IMG/VR virus record: IMGVR_UViG_3300025895_000123
DNA from: a virus
DNA: 64,000 bases
Reading direction: 5' to 3' (one strand)
A model generated the notes under the pieces. That model saw only the letters and a list, made by a program, of their open reading frames with translations. It was not told the DNA's origin and did not search any database. The position numbers and the translations under genes were made by a program. Shown here piece after piece: positions 55,812 through 64,000 of the stretch. Each line of letters starts with the position of its first letter. The stretch's first letter is position 1.

Positions 55812-56183
55812 ATGGAGTTATTATTTCAACAATTCTCGACGTATCCGGCCATGCTTATTTCTTTCTTTGGTATTGATATGTTACATGCAATGCCTCCAGA
55901 AGAATTTAAGACATTAGAAACAGATAATAAAAAGGTATGTTTTATCGAATTTGCTGTTTTTCCTTTATTTGACGAATCTTTAGGTTTAGGATTAATACTT
56001 GCAGTTGAGGAAATGAGAGTTTTTCCAGCTTTTATGCGATTCAAAAAATACAACGGGGATATTACTGATCATGTAGAAGAGTATGAATTACTCCAATATA
56101 TTGAAATAGAAGATTCTCAATATAGGGAGAAATTTAATGGGGATTTTAGAAGCTCCATCGGCGAAGTATTAAGAGAAATGTAG
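55812..56183 (+). CDS. Hypothetical protein
   Basis: AAGGAG RBS; 123 aa. Confidence 0.65.
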   Translation: MELLFQQFSTYPAMLISFFGIDMLHAMPPEEFKTLETDNKKVCFIEFAVFPLFDESLGLGLILAVEEMRVFPAFMRFKKYNGDITDHVEEYELLQYIEIEDSQYREKFNGDFRSSIGEVLREM

Positions 56184-56239
56184 ATATATAGATTATTTAT
56201 AATCATATTATATTGCGATTTTTACCCCAAAAAATTTAG

Positions 56240-56275
56240 TTTTTACGACCTAATATATAGAAATAATATAGTCGA
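56240..56275 (+). promoter_or_regulatory. Conserved phage promoter motif
   Basis: TATAGAAAT 56256-56264. Confidence 0.6.
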
Positions 56276-56281
56276 TATTAT

Positions 56282-56728
56282 ATGTATATCACATATAGTA
56301 TCAGTACAAAACAACTTAAAAAGGAGATAACTATGTTACCCATGATTAAAGTATCAATCGCAGTTGGAGGAATGGCAGTATTAACGTGGGCCGGAAGGAA
56401 AATGTTAATCGAGCACGGACTTCGCATGGATGAAGATTATCAAAGATTCGTTGCACTTGAAAGCCGAAAGGTTGACGATGCAAAGATTGATGGAGCTTCA
56501 GCTTCAGAGGTTAAAACTCTCAAAAAGAAAGTTTCGAAGAATCTTTCAAAAGAGAGAAAGAGAAAGATCAAGTACATGAGTTCTTCAAAAAACATGAACA
56601 AAATTTTGAAGAAACTCTCCAAAGAAGACAAGCAAAAATTGCTGTTACAGCATGGTGACCGTTACGGATTCAAATTAAAACCCGAACGTAAAAAATCTAA
56701 AGGCAAAGGTGCCGGAGCAACAGCATAA
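56282..56728 (+). CDS. Membrane-anchored Lys-rich protein
   Basis: Probable start MLPMIK (AAGGAG RBS); hydrophobic N-terminus, basic C-terminus. Confidence 0.6.
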   Translation: MYITYSISTKQLKKEITMLPMIKVSIAVGGMAVLTWAGRKMLIEHGLRMDEDYQRFVALESRKVDDAKIDGASASEVKTLKKKVSKNLSKERKRKIKYMSSSKNMNKILKKLSKEDKQKLLLQHGDRYGFKLKPERKKSKGKGAGATA

Positions 56729-56742
56729 TATTCATATCTCAT

Positions 56743-56770
56743 ATCCCGGGTGGTTATTCCACCCGGGGTT
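56743..56770 (+). terminator. GC-rich hairpin
   Basis: CCCGGGTGG-TTATT-CCACCCGGG. Confidence 0.6.
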
Positions 56771-56772
56771 GA

Positions 56773-57732
56773 ATGTATTATTTTTATGGAGGGGAAATGA
56801 TATTTGATAAAGCATGTAAAATCGCAGAAAGAGCAATGCCAGATTTAGCAAGCATAATTAGTAAATCTAAACTATTCTGGTTTCCAGGAAAGCCACATGA
56901 GTTTCTTCCAAAAGAATTAAACAATAAAGATATGGAATTTCTATCTGAACAATTTATGTTACCTTTTCCAACAGTGGCTATCGAAGATGTTGGAGGAATA
57001 GTCATACTTACTGATAAAGATAAAAATTCTAAAGGTATAAATAATGAAAGATATTATATTGATATTACTCGTTTAAAAACCGATAATGACGCATATTATG
57101 ATTTTAATGAAGAACAAGATAGAATACATAAAGCAATGATGAAAAATGCTAATATCGAAGATAAAGATCCATTAATAATTACGTTTGGTGCAATAGAACA
57201 AGTAAAATTTGTATCCCGAGATAAATTTTACGCTATTGGTAGAATAGAAAGATTAACAACAGTTTTATCAGAAGCTAAAAATAATGAAATAATCTTCGCT
57301 GACTATTTTGCACAACAATTAAGAGCTTTACCTAAACAACTTGTAGAAAATCATCTTCGCTCTGCTTTAAGAAATGCAATGTGCGCTATACAAGAAGTAT
57401 TATACGCAAATACACCAAATAGATTTATTCTAGAAGAATCTCCAATGATTCCAAGAAAGCTAAAGAGAGGGAAAATATTAAGATCTGTAGATAGACCTAT
57501 ATATACACTTCTTTCTCCGAGGGAAATTAGAAAGAAAATGAATATAACCACAGAAGGATCTGTGGACAAACAAACCAGAATATTCCTTGGAAGAAGAGCA
57601 CATCCTCGTACATATCTTGATCAAAGATATATTAACATGAAAGGAAAAACGGTTATGATCCCCGCTGTTTGGCCAGATGATTCTATTAAAATCATTGGAA
57701 ACAAGAGATATAAAGTAATGCTCGATTTGTAA
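56773..57732 (+). CDS. Hypothetical phage protein with C-terminal RRAH motif
   Basis: Probable start MIFDKA; C-terminal GRRAHPRTY..V.IPAVW. Confidence 0.7.
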   Translation: MYYFYGGEMIFDKACKIAERAMPDLASIISKSKLFWFPGKPHEFLPKELNNKDMEFLSEQFMLPFPTVAIEDVGGIVILTDKDKNSKGINNERYYIDITRLKTDNDAYYDFNEEQDRIHKAMMKNANIEDKDPLIITFGAIEQVKFVSRDKFYAIGRIERLTTVLSEAKNNEIIFADYFAQQLRALPKQLVENHLRSALRNAMCAIQEVLYANTPNRFILEESPMIPRKLKRGKILRSVDRPIYTLLSPREIRKKMNITTEGSVDKQTRIFLGRRAHPRTYLDQRYINMKGKTVMIPAVWPDDSIKIIGNKRYKVMLDL

Positions 57733-57742
57733 GGAGAAATAT

Positions 57743-58018
57743 ATGTCTATCGCTAAACAAATTTTTGATCGTACAAGAATTGCTATATCTCAACTTGATA
57801 GAGATGATAGATTTCTTACATTCCAACCAAGAAAAGAAAAAATTATTACCATTGATCTAAAAGAGATACGTTCAATTGAATGTGATATAAAAAAGCAAAC
57901 AATATTTATGAACGACGATTTGTTTGTATATTTTCCTGAACTAGGACTTGATATTGAATTTGCAGATTATTACGCACAATTAGTGGGAGCATGGATTAAA
58001 TTCAAGCATAGAGATTAA
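57743..58018 (+). CDS. Hypothetical protein
   Basis: AAGGAG RBS; 91 aa. Confidence 0.6.
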   Translation: MSIAKQIFDRTRIAISQLDRDDRFLTFQPRKEKIITIDLKEIRSIECDIKKQTIFMNDDLFVYFPELGLDIEFADYYAQLVGAWIKFKHRD

Positions 58019-58065
58019 TAAGAAAGGATTCTACTCAAATAGATGTAGTAGGATCCTTTCCATAG

Positions 58066-58097
58066 TTTTCATTAATATATAGAAATTATATTAATGA
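58066..58097 (+). promoter_or_regulatory. Conserved phage promoter motif
   Basis: TATAGAAAT 58078-58086 then TATATTAAT; preceded by AAAGGATTCTAC/GTAGTAGGATCCTTT hairpin. Confidence 0.6.
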
Positions 58098-58103
58098 ACC
58101 TGA

Positions 58104-58607
58104 TTGTTTATTTTTATGACAGGAGAACAAATGGAATTATTTAGTTTCGAAGAAGTCCGAGACAGAGTTAACAATTTCATAGAAAATATTAAAAAAAAAG
58201 GAGAATGGGATATAATTATTTATGAAATGTTAACTGCTGAATTTAGAAATTACTATACTCCTAATATTCCATATGATAAAGAACAACCTTATCAATCACA
58301 AGATTGTAAAATCTACATTAAAAACGGAACATTCGAAATTGAATTACATCAACATAGCTCTATAGTTTATCTTGTTGTTAACGTATTCCAAATTGATGGT
58401 ACTACAAGTCCAGATCAAATAGATCAAATTTCAATGAGAGAATGGTTATATGTATACTCTAATCCAGAAGGTATACAATTACTAGAAAAAGTAGAATTTA
58501 TAATAGAGAACACAGATTGGGAACAATTAGAGGAGGATAGGCGGCAAAGATTAGGACAAGGGATGAGACAAGAAGATTATGATTATAATGATGAAATCCC
58601 ATTTTAA
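58104..58607 (+). CDS. Hypothetical acidic protein
   Basis: Ends DYNDEIPF, an acidic/IPF tail like SSB C-termini. Confidence 0.6.
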   Translation: MFIFMTGEQMELFSFEEVRDRVNNFIENIKKKGEWDIIIYEMLTAEFRNYYTPNIPYDKEQPYQSQDCKIYIKNGTFEIELHQHSSIVYLVVNVFQIDGTTSPDQIDQISMREWLYVYSNPEGIQLLEKVEFIIENTDWEQLEEDRRQRLGQGMRQEDYDYNDEIPF

Positions 58608-58640
58608 TATTCAACAACATTATATAGAAATTAGGTTAAC
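58606..58640 (+). promoter_or_regulatory. Conserved phage promoter motif
   Basis: AATATTCA ends 58613-N9-TATAGAAAT 58623-58631. Confidence 0.7.
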
Positions 58641-58667
58641 AATATACATTATAATTAGGAGGAGATA

Positions 58668-59048
58668 GTGAAAAATGAAGAATATTCAGAAAATATGTTA
58701 AAATTGATTCTAAAAAGGATGGAACTATTACCTATGAGACGGTCAACAGACTGGATTATGGAATTTATCAAAGAAAGGGTAGAAGTAAATTTAGAAGTCT
58801 TTGGTAGCTCAGAATTAACAACTAAATTGTGTTCCAAAAACATTGATAGTCTAGAGAAACTTCCACAACAAAGGAAGGCAACTGATTTTAATATCTCTTT
58901 GTTGCGGGAAAAGTTTGGTCTTATCATTCACTTAATGAAAGACCCAGAAGAAGAATACAAAGAAGGAGGTGAGAAAAATCTCAGAATTGCAACAACAACT
59001 CAATATCTGGATGGAAAAAAATCAGAAGGTAATAATGGCGAAAAATAA
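58668..59048 (+). CDS. Hypothetical protein
   Basis: GTG start with AGGAGGAG RBS; duplicated RRSTD/RKATD motif. Confidence 0.6.
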   Translation: MKNEEYSENMLKLILKRMELLPMRRSTDWIMEFIKERVEVNLEVFGSSELTTKLCSKNIDSLEKLPQQRKATDFNISLLREKFGLIIHLMKDPEEEYKEGGEKNLRIATTTQYLDGKKSEGNNGEK

Positions 59049-59256
59049 TGACCATGTTAAAAAAGGAGGATACGCTACTATTGTAGGAAAAGGGTCTCGA
59101 TTGCAAGAGACCCTTTTTAACCAAGGATACAATATAGTTGATCCAGTAGTTGCCTTTCGACTAGGTTGGTTTAAACCTATGAGATCTGGACCCAATAAAC
59201 AAAACATATATGGTTTAGAATATGGTCATCATTGGTCAAAATATTTACGATTTTAG
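59035..59256 (+). CDS. Hypothetical protein (start revised to MAKNND)
   Basis: ATG at 59035 with GAAGG upstream, overlapping the previous gene end. Confidence 0.5.
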   Translation: MAKNNDHVKKGGYATIVGKGSRLQETLFNQGYNIVDPVVAFRLGWFKPMRSGPNKQNIYGLEYGHHWSKYLRF

Positions 59257-59259
59257 TAA

Positions 59260-59294
59260 TGCCCGGAGCAATCCGGGCACACAATCTTTTTTTT
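59260..59294 (+). terminator. Intrinsic terminator
   Basis: GCCCGGA-GCAA-TCCGGGC followed by T-run. Confidence 0.7.
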
Positions 59295-59329
59295 AATATT
59301 CAAAGATTTCATATAGAAATAGTGTTAAT
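59295..59329 (+). promoter_or_regulatory. Conserved phage promoter motif
   Basis: AATATTCA ends 59302-N9-TATAGAAAT 59312-59320-AGT-GTTAAT. Confidence 0.7.
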
Positions 59330-59334
59330 GTAGA

Positions 59335-59512
59335 TAGGGCGGAATCAGTTTTTCTGTTTCCGTTCTTTCAACCCTAGGGGGCTTTAGCTTCCTCCGACGT
59401 AATCATTAATATCTTCGGATATTGACGATTAGGTTAAGTCGGTTCGTCTGCCCGATCAGGGGAGTGTTGATGAATATATATTCGTATATGTTCATCAACG
59501 CCCCTCTGATTG
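59335..59512 (+). ncRNA. Candidate structured ncRNA
   Basis: ORF-free between two promoter motifs; GGGCGGA/TCTGCCC closing helix, CCGAC/GTCGG arm with AATATC-TTCG-GATATT, then a ~25-bp hairpin 59455-59510. Confidence 0.5.
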
Positions 59513-59528
59513 CAGCAAAAATCAATCT

Positions 59529-59563
59529 AATAATTAATTATTTGATATAGAAATTATATTAAT
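59529..59563 (+). promoter_or_regulatory. Conserved phage promoter motif
   Basis: TATAGAAAT 59546-59554 then TATATTAAT. Confidence 0.6.
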
Positions 59564-59713
59564 AAGAAATTCGCGAATTTCAACCAGGGACATAAAAACA
59601 TCCTGGAGTATTCTTGTATAAGAATATTTCCGAAAAGCGGAAGGGGGTTATTTTTGCGATGGTAAAAATATATGTAAATTAACCTTTTACAAACTTGTTA
59701 ATAAGGAGAATCT

Positions 59714-60175
59714 ATGCTCGACGAAAATGATTTAGAATTCTTAAAAACTCTAGTATTTAATGATTTAAAATTGAATTATACTGGGGAAAGTATTGAATCT
59801 TTAATGAATTGTGGTAATATTAATTTCAATATACCCAAAGAAGATGTTAAGTTTAAAAGACATCTACTTTCAAAATTAGTAACAATGATAATGAATAATG
59901 CAAATCAAATTAAATTAAATTCTATGCAACAACTCGTTGACGGAGAAATTGCTATCAGAGCTGCTAAAAGACTAAGTGCTGCACAAATTAATACTATAAG
60001 TACATCAATTATAGAGCAAAAAAAGCTCGAAGCTATTAAGAAATTTCGACAAGCAACAGGATTAGGATTAAAAGATGCAAAGCAATTCATGGATTGTTTC
60101 ATTCCAAATAATCCTTTACCATCAAATTTTTCCTATATTATAGCGGCAAATAAATTCTCAGATATATGTGTATAA
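59714..60175 (+). CDS. Protein with ribosomal protein bL12 (L7/L12) C-terminal-like domain
   Basis: KKLEAIKKFRQATGLGLKDAKQFMD matches the bL12 CTD signature. Confidence 0.7.
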   Translation: MLDENDLEFLKTLVFNDLKLNYTGESIESLMNCGNINFNIPKEDVKFKRHLLSKLVTMIMNNANQIKLNSMQQLVDGEIAIRAAKRLSAAQINTISTSIIEQKKLEAIKKFRQATGLGLKDAKQFMDCFIPNNPLPSNFSYIIAANKFSDICV

Positions 60176-60429
60176 AGGAGAGAAACATGCGCACTGTTAT
60201 GATGTTAACACCTGTTAATAATATAAAAAACAACCGTGTTATTTACAGTGAGTTAGTATTTACTAAAACATATAACTGGATTGATGAAATTGACGTTGGT
60301 AAATGTGATTCTACTGAGTTATCAAAAAAAAGAGTTTGCGATGTATCAATATTTGATGATTATCCTTATATTAATAATGAATTTCATATCGTTATTCATA
60401 TATTCTCATCATCAAACATACATATGTGA
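60166..60429 (+). CDS. Hypothetical protein
   Basis: Probable start MRTVMM with AAGGAG RBS. Confidence 0.55.
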   Translation: MCIKERNMRTVMMLTPVNNIKNNRVIYSELVFTKTYNWIDEIDVGKCDSTELSKKRVCDVSIFDDYPYINNEFHIVIHIFSSSNIHM

Positions 60430-60439
60430 AAGGAGTGAG

Positions 60440-60946
60440 ATGAAAATTAAAACGCAACCACTTATCAAAACATTTCTTTTCATGTCATATGATGCTAATG
60501 GTCCAAAACAAATTTCATCATTTCAAGGAAAGAATTTAATACAAACAATATCTCTCCAATTCCAACATAGTAAAAAATTTATGCACTGGAATGAAACTTA
60601 CTTTGGAGCTGAAGAAACACCATCTCTAGAAAAAGCAATAAAAACAATATATATTATTGAAGAAAGTAGACGTGATGAAAAATATATTGTAATGGACATC
60701 ACAGATCCGACTTGTGTATCCGTAATATTTCCAAAAAATAAACAACCACCTGATTTCGATGATATTATTATTGGGTACAAATACACTATTGAATCTTATA
60801 TTAAAACTGTTGATGATGAAGATCAAGCTAAGTTTAATAGCTTCAATGAAGCTGAGAGCGAACTTGAACATCTACAAACTCTCCAACCGGAGAATGTTTA
60901 CAAAATTCGAAATGTAACTAAAGATGAAATCATTATCACCTCTTAA
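60440..60946 (+). CDS. Hypothetical protein (start revised from 60281)
   Basis: AAGGAG RBS before ATG 60440 (MKIKTQ). Confidence 0.6.
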   Translation: MKIKTQPLIKTFLFMSYDANGPKQISSFQGKNLIQTISLQFQHSKKFMHWNETYFGAEETPSLEKAIKTIYIIEESRRDEKYIVMDITDPTCVSVIFPKNKQPPDFDDIIIGYKYTIESYIKTVDDEDQAKFNSFNEAESELEHLQTLQPENVYKIRNVTKDEIIITS

Positions 60947-61009
60947 AAATTTGATTTATTTTGATTCGAGGATAGATCTATTCTATCCTCCGAATTAATT
61001 TTCTTTTTT

Positions 61010-61044
61010 AATATTTATAGGTAATATATAGAAATATATTAAAT
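61010..61044 (+). promoter_or_regulatory. Conserved phage promoter motif
   Basis: AATATTTA ends 61017-N9-TATAGAAAT 61027-61035; preceded by TTCGAGGATAGA/TCTATCCTCCGAA hairpin. Confidence 0.65.
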
Positions 61045-61060
61045 ATAAAGCTAAAATTTT

Positions 61061-61372
61061 TTGATCACAAGGAGGAAGGGAATGGACAAATCGAGAAATG
61101 AATTAATTAATGCAATCGATAAAATGATTGCAGTGAGTAAATTACAAAATTTAGAATTTTCAGGATGCGCATATCTAGAGTTTAAAAATCCTGTCGCGTC
61201 TGGAGAAGATTTTGAAATCGTTGACGTAACAGCTATTTGCGTTCCATTCGAAGAAATGACAGAAGGTTTCAAAGCACATGAAGTCATTGTGACAAAAGAT
61301 AGATTTTTAGATGGGAAAGATAAATCAGTTTCCCATTCTAAACAAGTATTTTCTTTTAGGGAGGTTCCGTGA
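61061..61372 (+). CDS. Hypothetical protein
   Basis: Probable start MDKSRN after AGGAGGAAGGG. Confidence 0.6.
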   Translation: MITRRKGMDKSRNELINAIDKMIAVSKLQNLEFSGCAYLEFKNPVASGEDFEIVDVTAICVPFEEMTEGFKAHEVIVTKDRFLDGKDKSVSHSKQVFSFREVP

Positions 61373-61539
61373 TTAATTTAAAAATAGAATATAAAGATCC
61401 TATTCCAGATAAAATGAGATCACTTTATGAACAAGCTTTCAAAGTAGCATTTAATGGATGTGAAATCATATGGGAAAATAATAAATTAGTTATACTTACA
61501 AATATTAAAAATTCTAAATTAGAAATAGAAGAGGAATAA
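61369..61539 (+). CDS. Small hypothetical protein (not in ORF track)
   Basis: GTG overlapping upstream TGA (GTGA), GGGAGG RBS, 56 aa. Confidence 0.45.
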   Translation: MINLKIEYKDPIPDKMRSLYEQAFKVAFNGCEIIWENNKLVILTNIKNSKLEIEEE

Positions 61540-61540
61540 T

Positions 61541-61684
61541 ATGATAAATTATTTCGCTAAAAACAAGGGCATATGGATTATATTCGCAATGAATGTATGG
61601 ATAGCATTCTTTATACCCTCTGCCTTTAATTTAGTGATTGCTATAATAATGCTATTTATTGTATTGGTTCTGAGGGTTAAATAA
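61541..61684 (+). CDS. Small membrane protein (not in ORF track)
   Basis: GAGGA RBS; 47 aa, largely hydrophobic. Confidence 0.45.
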   Translation: MINYFAKNKGIWIIFAMNVWIAFFIPSAFNLVIAIIMLFIVLVLRVK

Positions 61685-61926
61685 TGCAAAAAAAATTGTC
61701 TCAGCACTATAAAGAATTTTGTCTATTTAACACATGGATATTAGTAAGAATTGTGGTGCATCTTTCAGAGACTCACCCTTGGCACGATCGTCCACCGAGT
61801 CTAAAAAACTGGATTAAAAATAGCACTCCACTTAGTATAAAAATGAGTTGCTTGATCACAATATGTATAATCGTGTCCTATGAGATGGTACTGTTCGCAA
61901 TAATAACATTTATAAGAGGAGAGTAA
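61684..61926 (+). CDS. Small membrane protein
   Basis: 80 aa with C-terminal TM. Confidence 0.5.
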   Translation: MQKKLSQHYKEFCLFNTWILVRIVVHLSETHPWHDRPPSLKNWIKNSTPLSIKMSCLITICIIVSYEMVLFAIITFIRGE

Positions 61927-61927
61927 A

Positions 61928-62437
61928 ATGGCAACTTGGTTTTCGGCAGATTATCACTTTGGACACGCTAATATTATACAACATTGTCATCGCCCATATA
62001 AGAATATTCATAAAATGCAAACTCAATTAATTAAAAACATTAATAACGCTGTACAAGTAAAGGATAAATTAATAATAGCTGGAGATTTCTCTATGTATGG
62101 TGTTGTTCAAAAACATATTGTTAAACAAATCAGAGATCAAATTAATTGTAGGAACATCATATTAATATTGGGTAATCATGACGCTCTATATCCATTCGAT
62201 TATACTGATTTCTGCGGATTTGAATCTGTTCACACTAGATTAGAATACGAAAATCTTATAATCAATCATGATCCAGGAAAAGCATATCAAGAATCCAATA
62301 AAGTTTGGATAACAGGTCATGTACATACCCATTGGAAAACTAACAGAAATTGCATTAATGTAGGAATAGATATGTGGCAATATAACCCCGTACATATTGA
62401 TATGATTTTTCGAACTATAAAAGGGTTAACAATGTGA
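61928..62437 (+). CDS. Calcineurin-like metallophosphoesterase
   Basis: ADYHFGH, AGDFS, LGNHD, NHDP, GHVH. Confidence 0.88.
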   Translation: MATWFSADYHFGHANIIQHCHRPYKNIHKMQTQLIKNINNAVQVKDKLIIAGDFSMYGVVQKHIVKQIRDQINCRNIILILGNHDALYPFDYTDFCGFESVHTRLEYENLIINHDPGKAYQESNKVWITGHVHTHWKTNRNCINVGIDMWQYNPVHIDMIFRTIKGLTM

Positions 62438-62928
62438 AAAGAGTAACAGATCGACAAATTCGAAAATATTCGCATATGATTATTGATCGAGCGAAATATG
62501 ATATCACAATTCTTTCAGAAATATTTGATAATATTATTCCTGGTATTATTTATGATTCTTTCTTTATGGGAAGAGATTGGGAAGGAACAACAAAAAAGTA
62601 TCAATATCAAAAGAGAGAAGATGGAATATTAACTTTTAATATTAATAGAGAACAAGCTAAAAAAGCTAAGATTAACCCTTATCATAAACAAAGCTATGTA
62701 ATTTATATAGTTAACTATTACACTTTAGAAGAGAAATTACCACCATTAGAAATGAACGAAATAAGAAGACATGATGATTCATATGTAATGACTAAAATAA
62801 TGTTACATTCAAGAAAAAAAGCAAAATACAAAAAACAATTCGAAATATTTGGTTTCCTAAAAATATTAACCAAATTAGACCCCAACGTGCTTCTGAAAAT
62901 AGAAGGGAGGATATTGGCAGAATCATGA
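62434..62928 (+). CDS. Hypothetical protein
   Basis: 164 aa, coupled start. Confidence 0.6.
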   Translation: MKRVTDRQIRKYSHMIIDRAKYDITILSEIFDNIIPGIIYDSFFMGRDWEGTTKKYQYQKREDGILTFNINREQAKKAKINPYHKQSYVIYIVNYYTLEEKLPPLEMNEIRRHDDSYVMTKIMLHSRKKAKYKKQFEIFGFLKILTKLDPNVLLKIEGRILAES

Positions 62929-63410
62929 TTAAAACAAAAGTTAAAATTGTTGGGGATCTAATTACAAAATGCATAGTTGATAATACATTATCATGTAAAC
63001 AAGTATTTCAAATATTTGATCCCTATGTTGAATTTACTGCTTCAGAAACCCCTACAGCATATGCTTATACATGTGATGATGAACCCCCTAATTATTTTAC
63101 TATAACAGAGAATGCTATATCTACAACTTGTAGAGAATTAGGTCTTCTAAAATTTAAAATAAATAAAAAATTTAATAAGAAAATTAGAACTTTTAATATT
63201 AATTCAAGAATGCGATATTCATTATGGTTGTCTAATTCATGGAAAACCAAAACAAATCAACTTATCCAATCTGAATTAATATTTTGTCAAGGTATATTGG
63301 TGACTTCTACACCTAATGGTCCTGGTATGTATCATTTTCTGCGAGAGATGAAAAAACTTGTACCAACCTGCGTTACTGATTTAGAGAAACTAATGCTTAT
63401 GAATCTATAG
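62925..63410 (+). CDS. Hypothetical protein
   Basis: GGGAGG RBS; 161 aa. Confidence 0.6.
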   Translation: MIKTKVKIVGDLITKCIVDNTLSCKQVFQIFDPYVEFTASETPTAYAYTCDDEPPNYFTITENAISTTCRELGLLKFKINKKFNKKIRTFNINSRMRYSLWLSNSWKTKTNQLIQSELIFCQGILVTSTPNGPGMYHFLREMKKLVPTCVTDLEKLMLMNL

Positions 63411-63418
63411 GAGGATCA

Positions 63419-64000
63419 ATGACCAATAATAATAAACCACATGATTATCTTCTCACATTTTGGTTTACCGGAGGAAATCCTGAACATTTAATATCCAGAG
63501 GTCTCAATGAAGAAAAGGCTTTACAATTAGCAAAGGAAATTAAAGGTAACCTTCCTGAAAATATTAAGATTGAGAAGTTATCAGATATTCTTAAAGTTAC
63601 AACCAAAGAAGTAACTATACAGGAAATTATGAAAACTAGCTTCTCTGAAGATCATTTGATAAATTCAATTAATCTCTTTGAAATTATGATCATTCAGGGT
63701 AAAATTCATCTCCAAAAATTTCTAGAGATTTTCTCCCCATATGGGTATTGTAAAGGAAATGATGATCATGATATAGATTTGCTTAAAACAGCTAATTTTC
63801 AACTCGCACCATCATCAGCAGAAGAATCATTATCTGGTGAATTTCCAATGATCAATTTTGGACTAAGATTTCTTCCAAAAAAGAAACAACCTTTTGGTCA
63901 CGATAATCATAGATACTATATAATATCTCAGAGAATTGGTAAAGTAGAAGAGTACAAAAGACGAATTATGTTTAAATCATTTACTGGAGAAGATATTAAG
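63419..64000 (+). CDS. Hypothetical protein, runs off the window end (not in ORF track)
   Basis: AGGAGG RBS, ATG 63419 (MTNNNKPHDY..), frame open to 64000. Confidence 0.65.
   Translation, partial: MTNNNKPHDYLLTFWFTGGNPEHLISRGLNEEKALQLAKEIKGNLPENIKIEKLSDILKVTTKEVTIQEIMKTSFSEDHLINSINLFEIMIIQGKIHLQKFLEIFSPYGYCKGNDDHDIDLLKTANFQLAPSSAEESLSGEFPMINFGLRFLPKKKQPFGHDNHRYYIISQRIGKVEEYKRRIMFKSFTGEDIK

Noticed and set aside
59335-59455. tRNA gene
   Set aside because: GGTTCG is present but there is no proper T-arm, D-arm, 7-bp acceptor stem or CCA; I found no tRNA anywhere in the window by eye.
1-64000. Alternative genetic code (stop-codon reassignment)
   Set aside because: Long genes with intact motifs are continuous in code 11 and pack tightly; no fragmentation at TAG or TGA is apparent.
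1-64000. Integrase, transposase, IS element or diversity-generating retroelement
   Set aside because: No recombinase, transposase or reverse transcriptase motifs were recognised, and no template/variable repeat pair was seen.

Overview
AT-rich 64 kb segment that most likely belongs to a large (jumbo-type) tailed phage. No capsid, terminase or polymerase gene is visible, so this identity is inferred from the tail-fibre genes, the gene density and a recurring phage-type promoter. A minus-strand late/structural block runs from about 6.7 to 55.4 kb. It holds several tail fibres with S74- and G2-type chaperone domains, a family of small basic proteins sharing an N-terminal MIxxxxLFE tag, a two-component system, a J-domain protein, ACP, a ~17 kb sugar-modification cluster (KdsA, KdsB, aminotransferase, amidinotransferase, sulfotransferases, 3 radical SAM enzymes) and a second cluster of 3 radical SAM enzymes beside Cys-repeat proteins. 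Plus-strand cassettes of small, probably early genes (1.8-6.5, 9.7-10.3 and 55.8-64 kb) are mostly preceded by a conserved TTCA-N9-TATAGAAAT-N3-(-10-like) motif. Four observations stand out. (1) A lone Cas7-like RAMP gene is followed by a ~960 nt non-coding array with 5-nt periodicity punctuated by GGY-ending hexamers, a candidate RNA-guided system that is not a CRISPR array. (2) Virion-type proteins carry CxxH and CxCxC(N/D)Y repeats whose N- and C-terminal repeat counts match (8:8 and 12:12), next to radical SAM maturases. (3) Two copies of an unassigned multi-pseudoknot ncRNA show compensatory base changes. (4) About ten proteins carry a putative capsid-targeting tag. All product calls come from motifs read by eye; no database searches were run.
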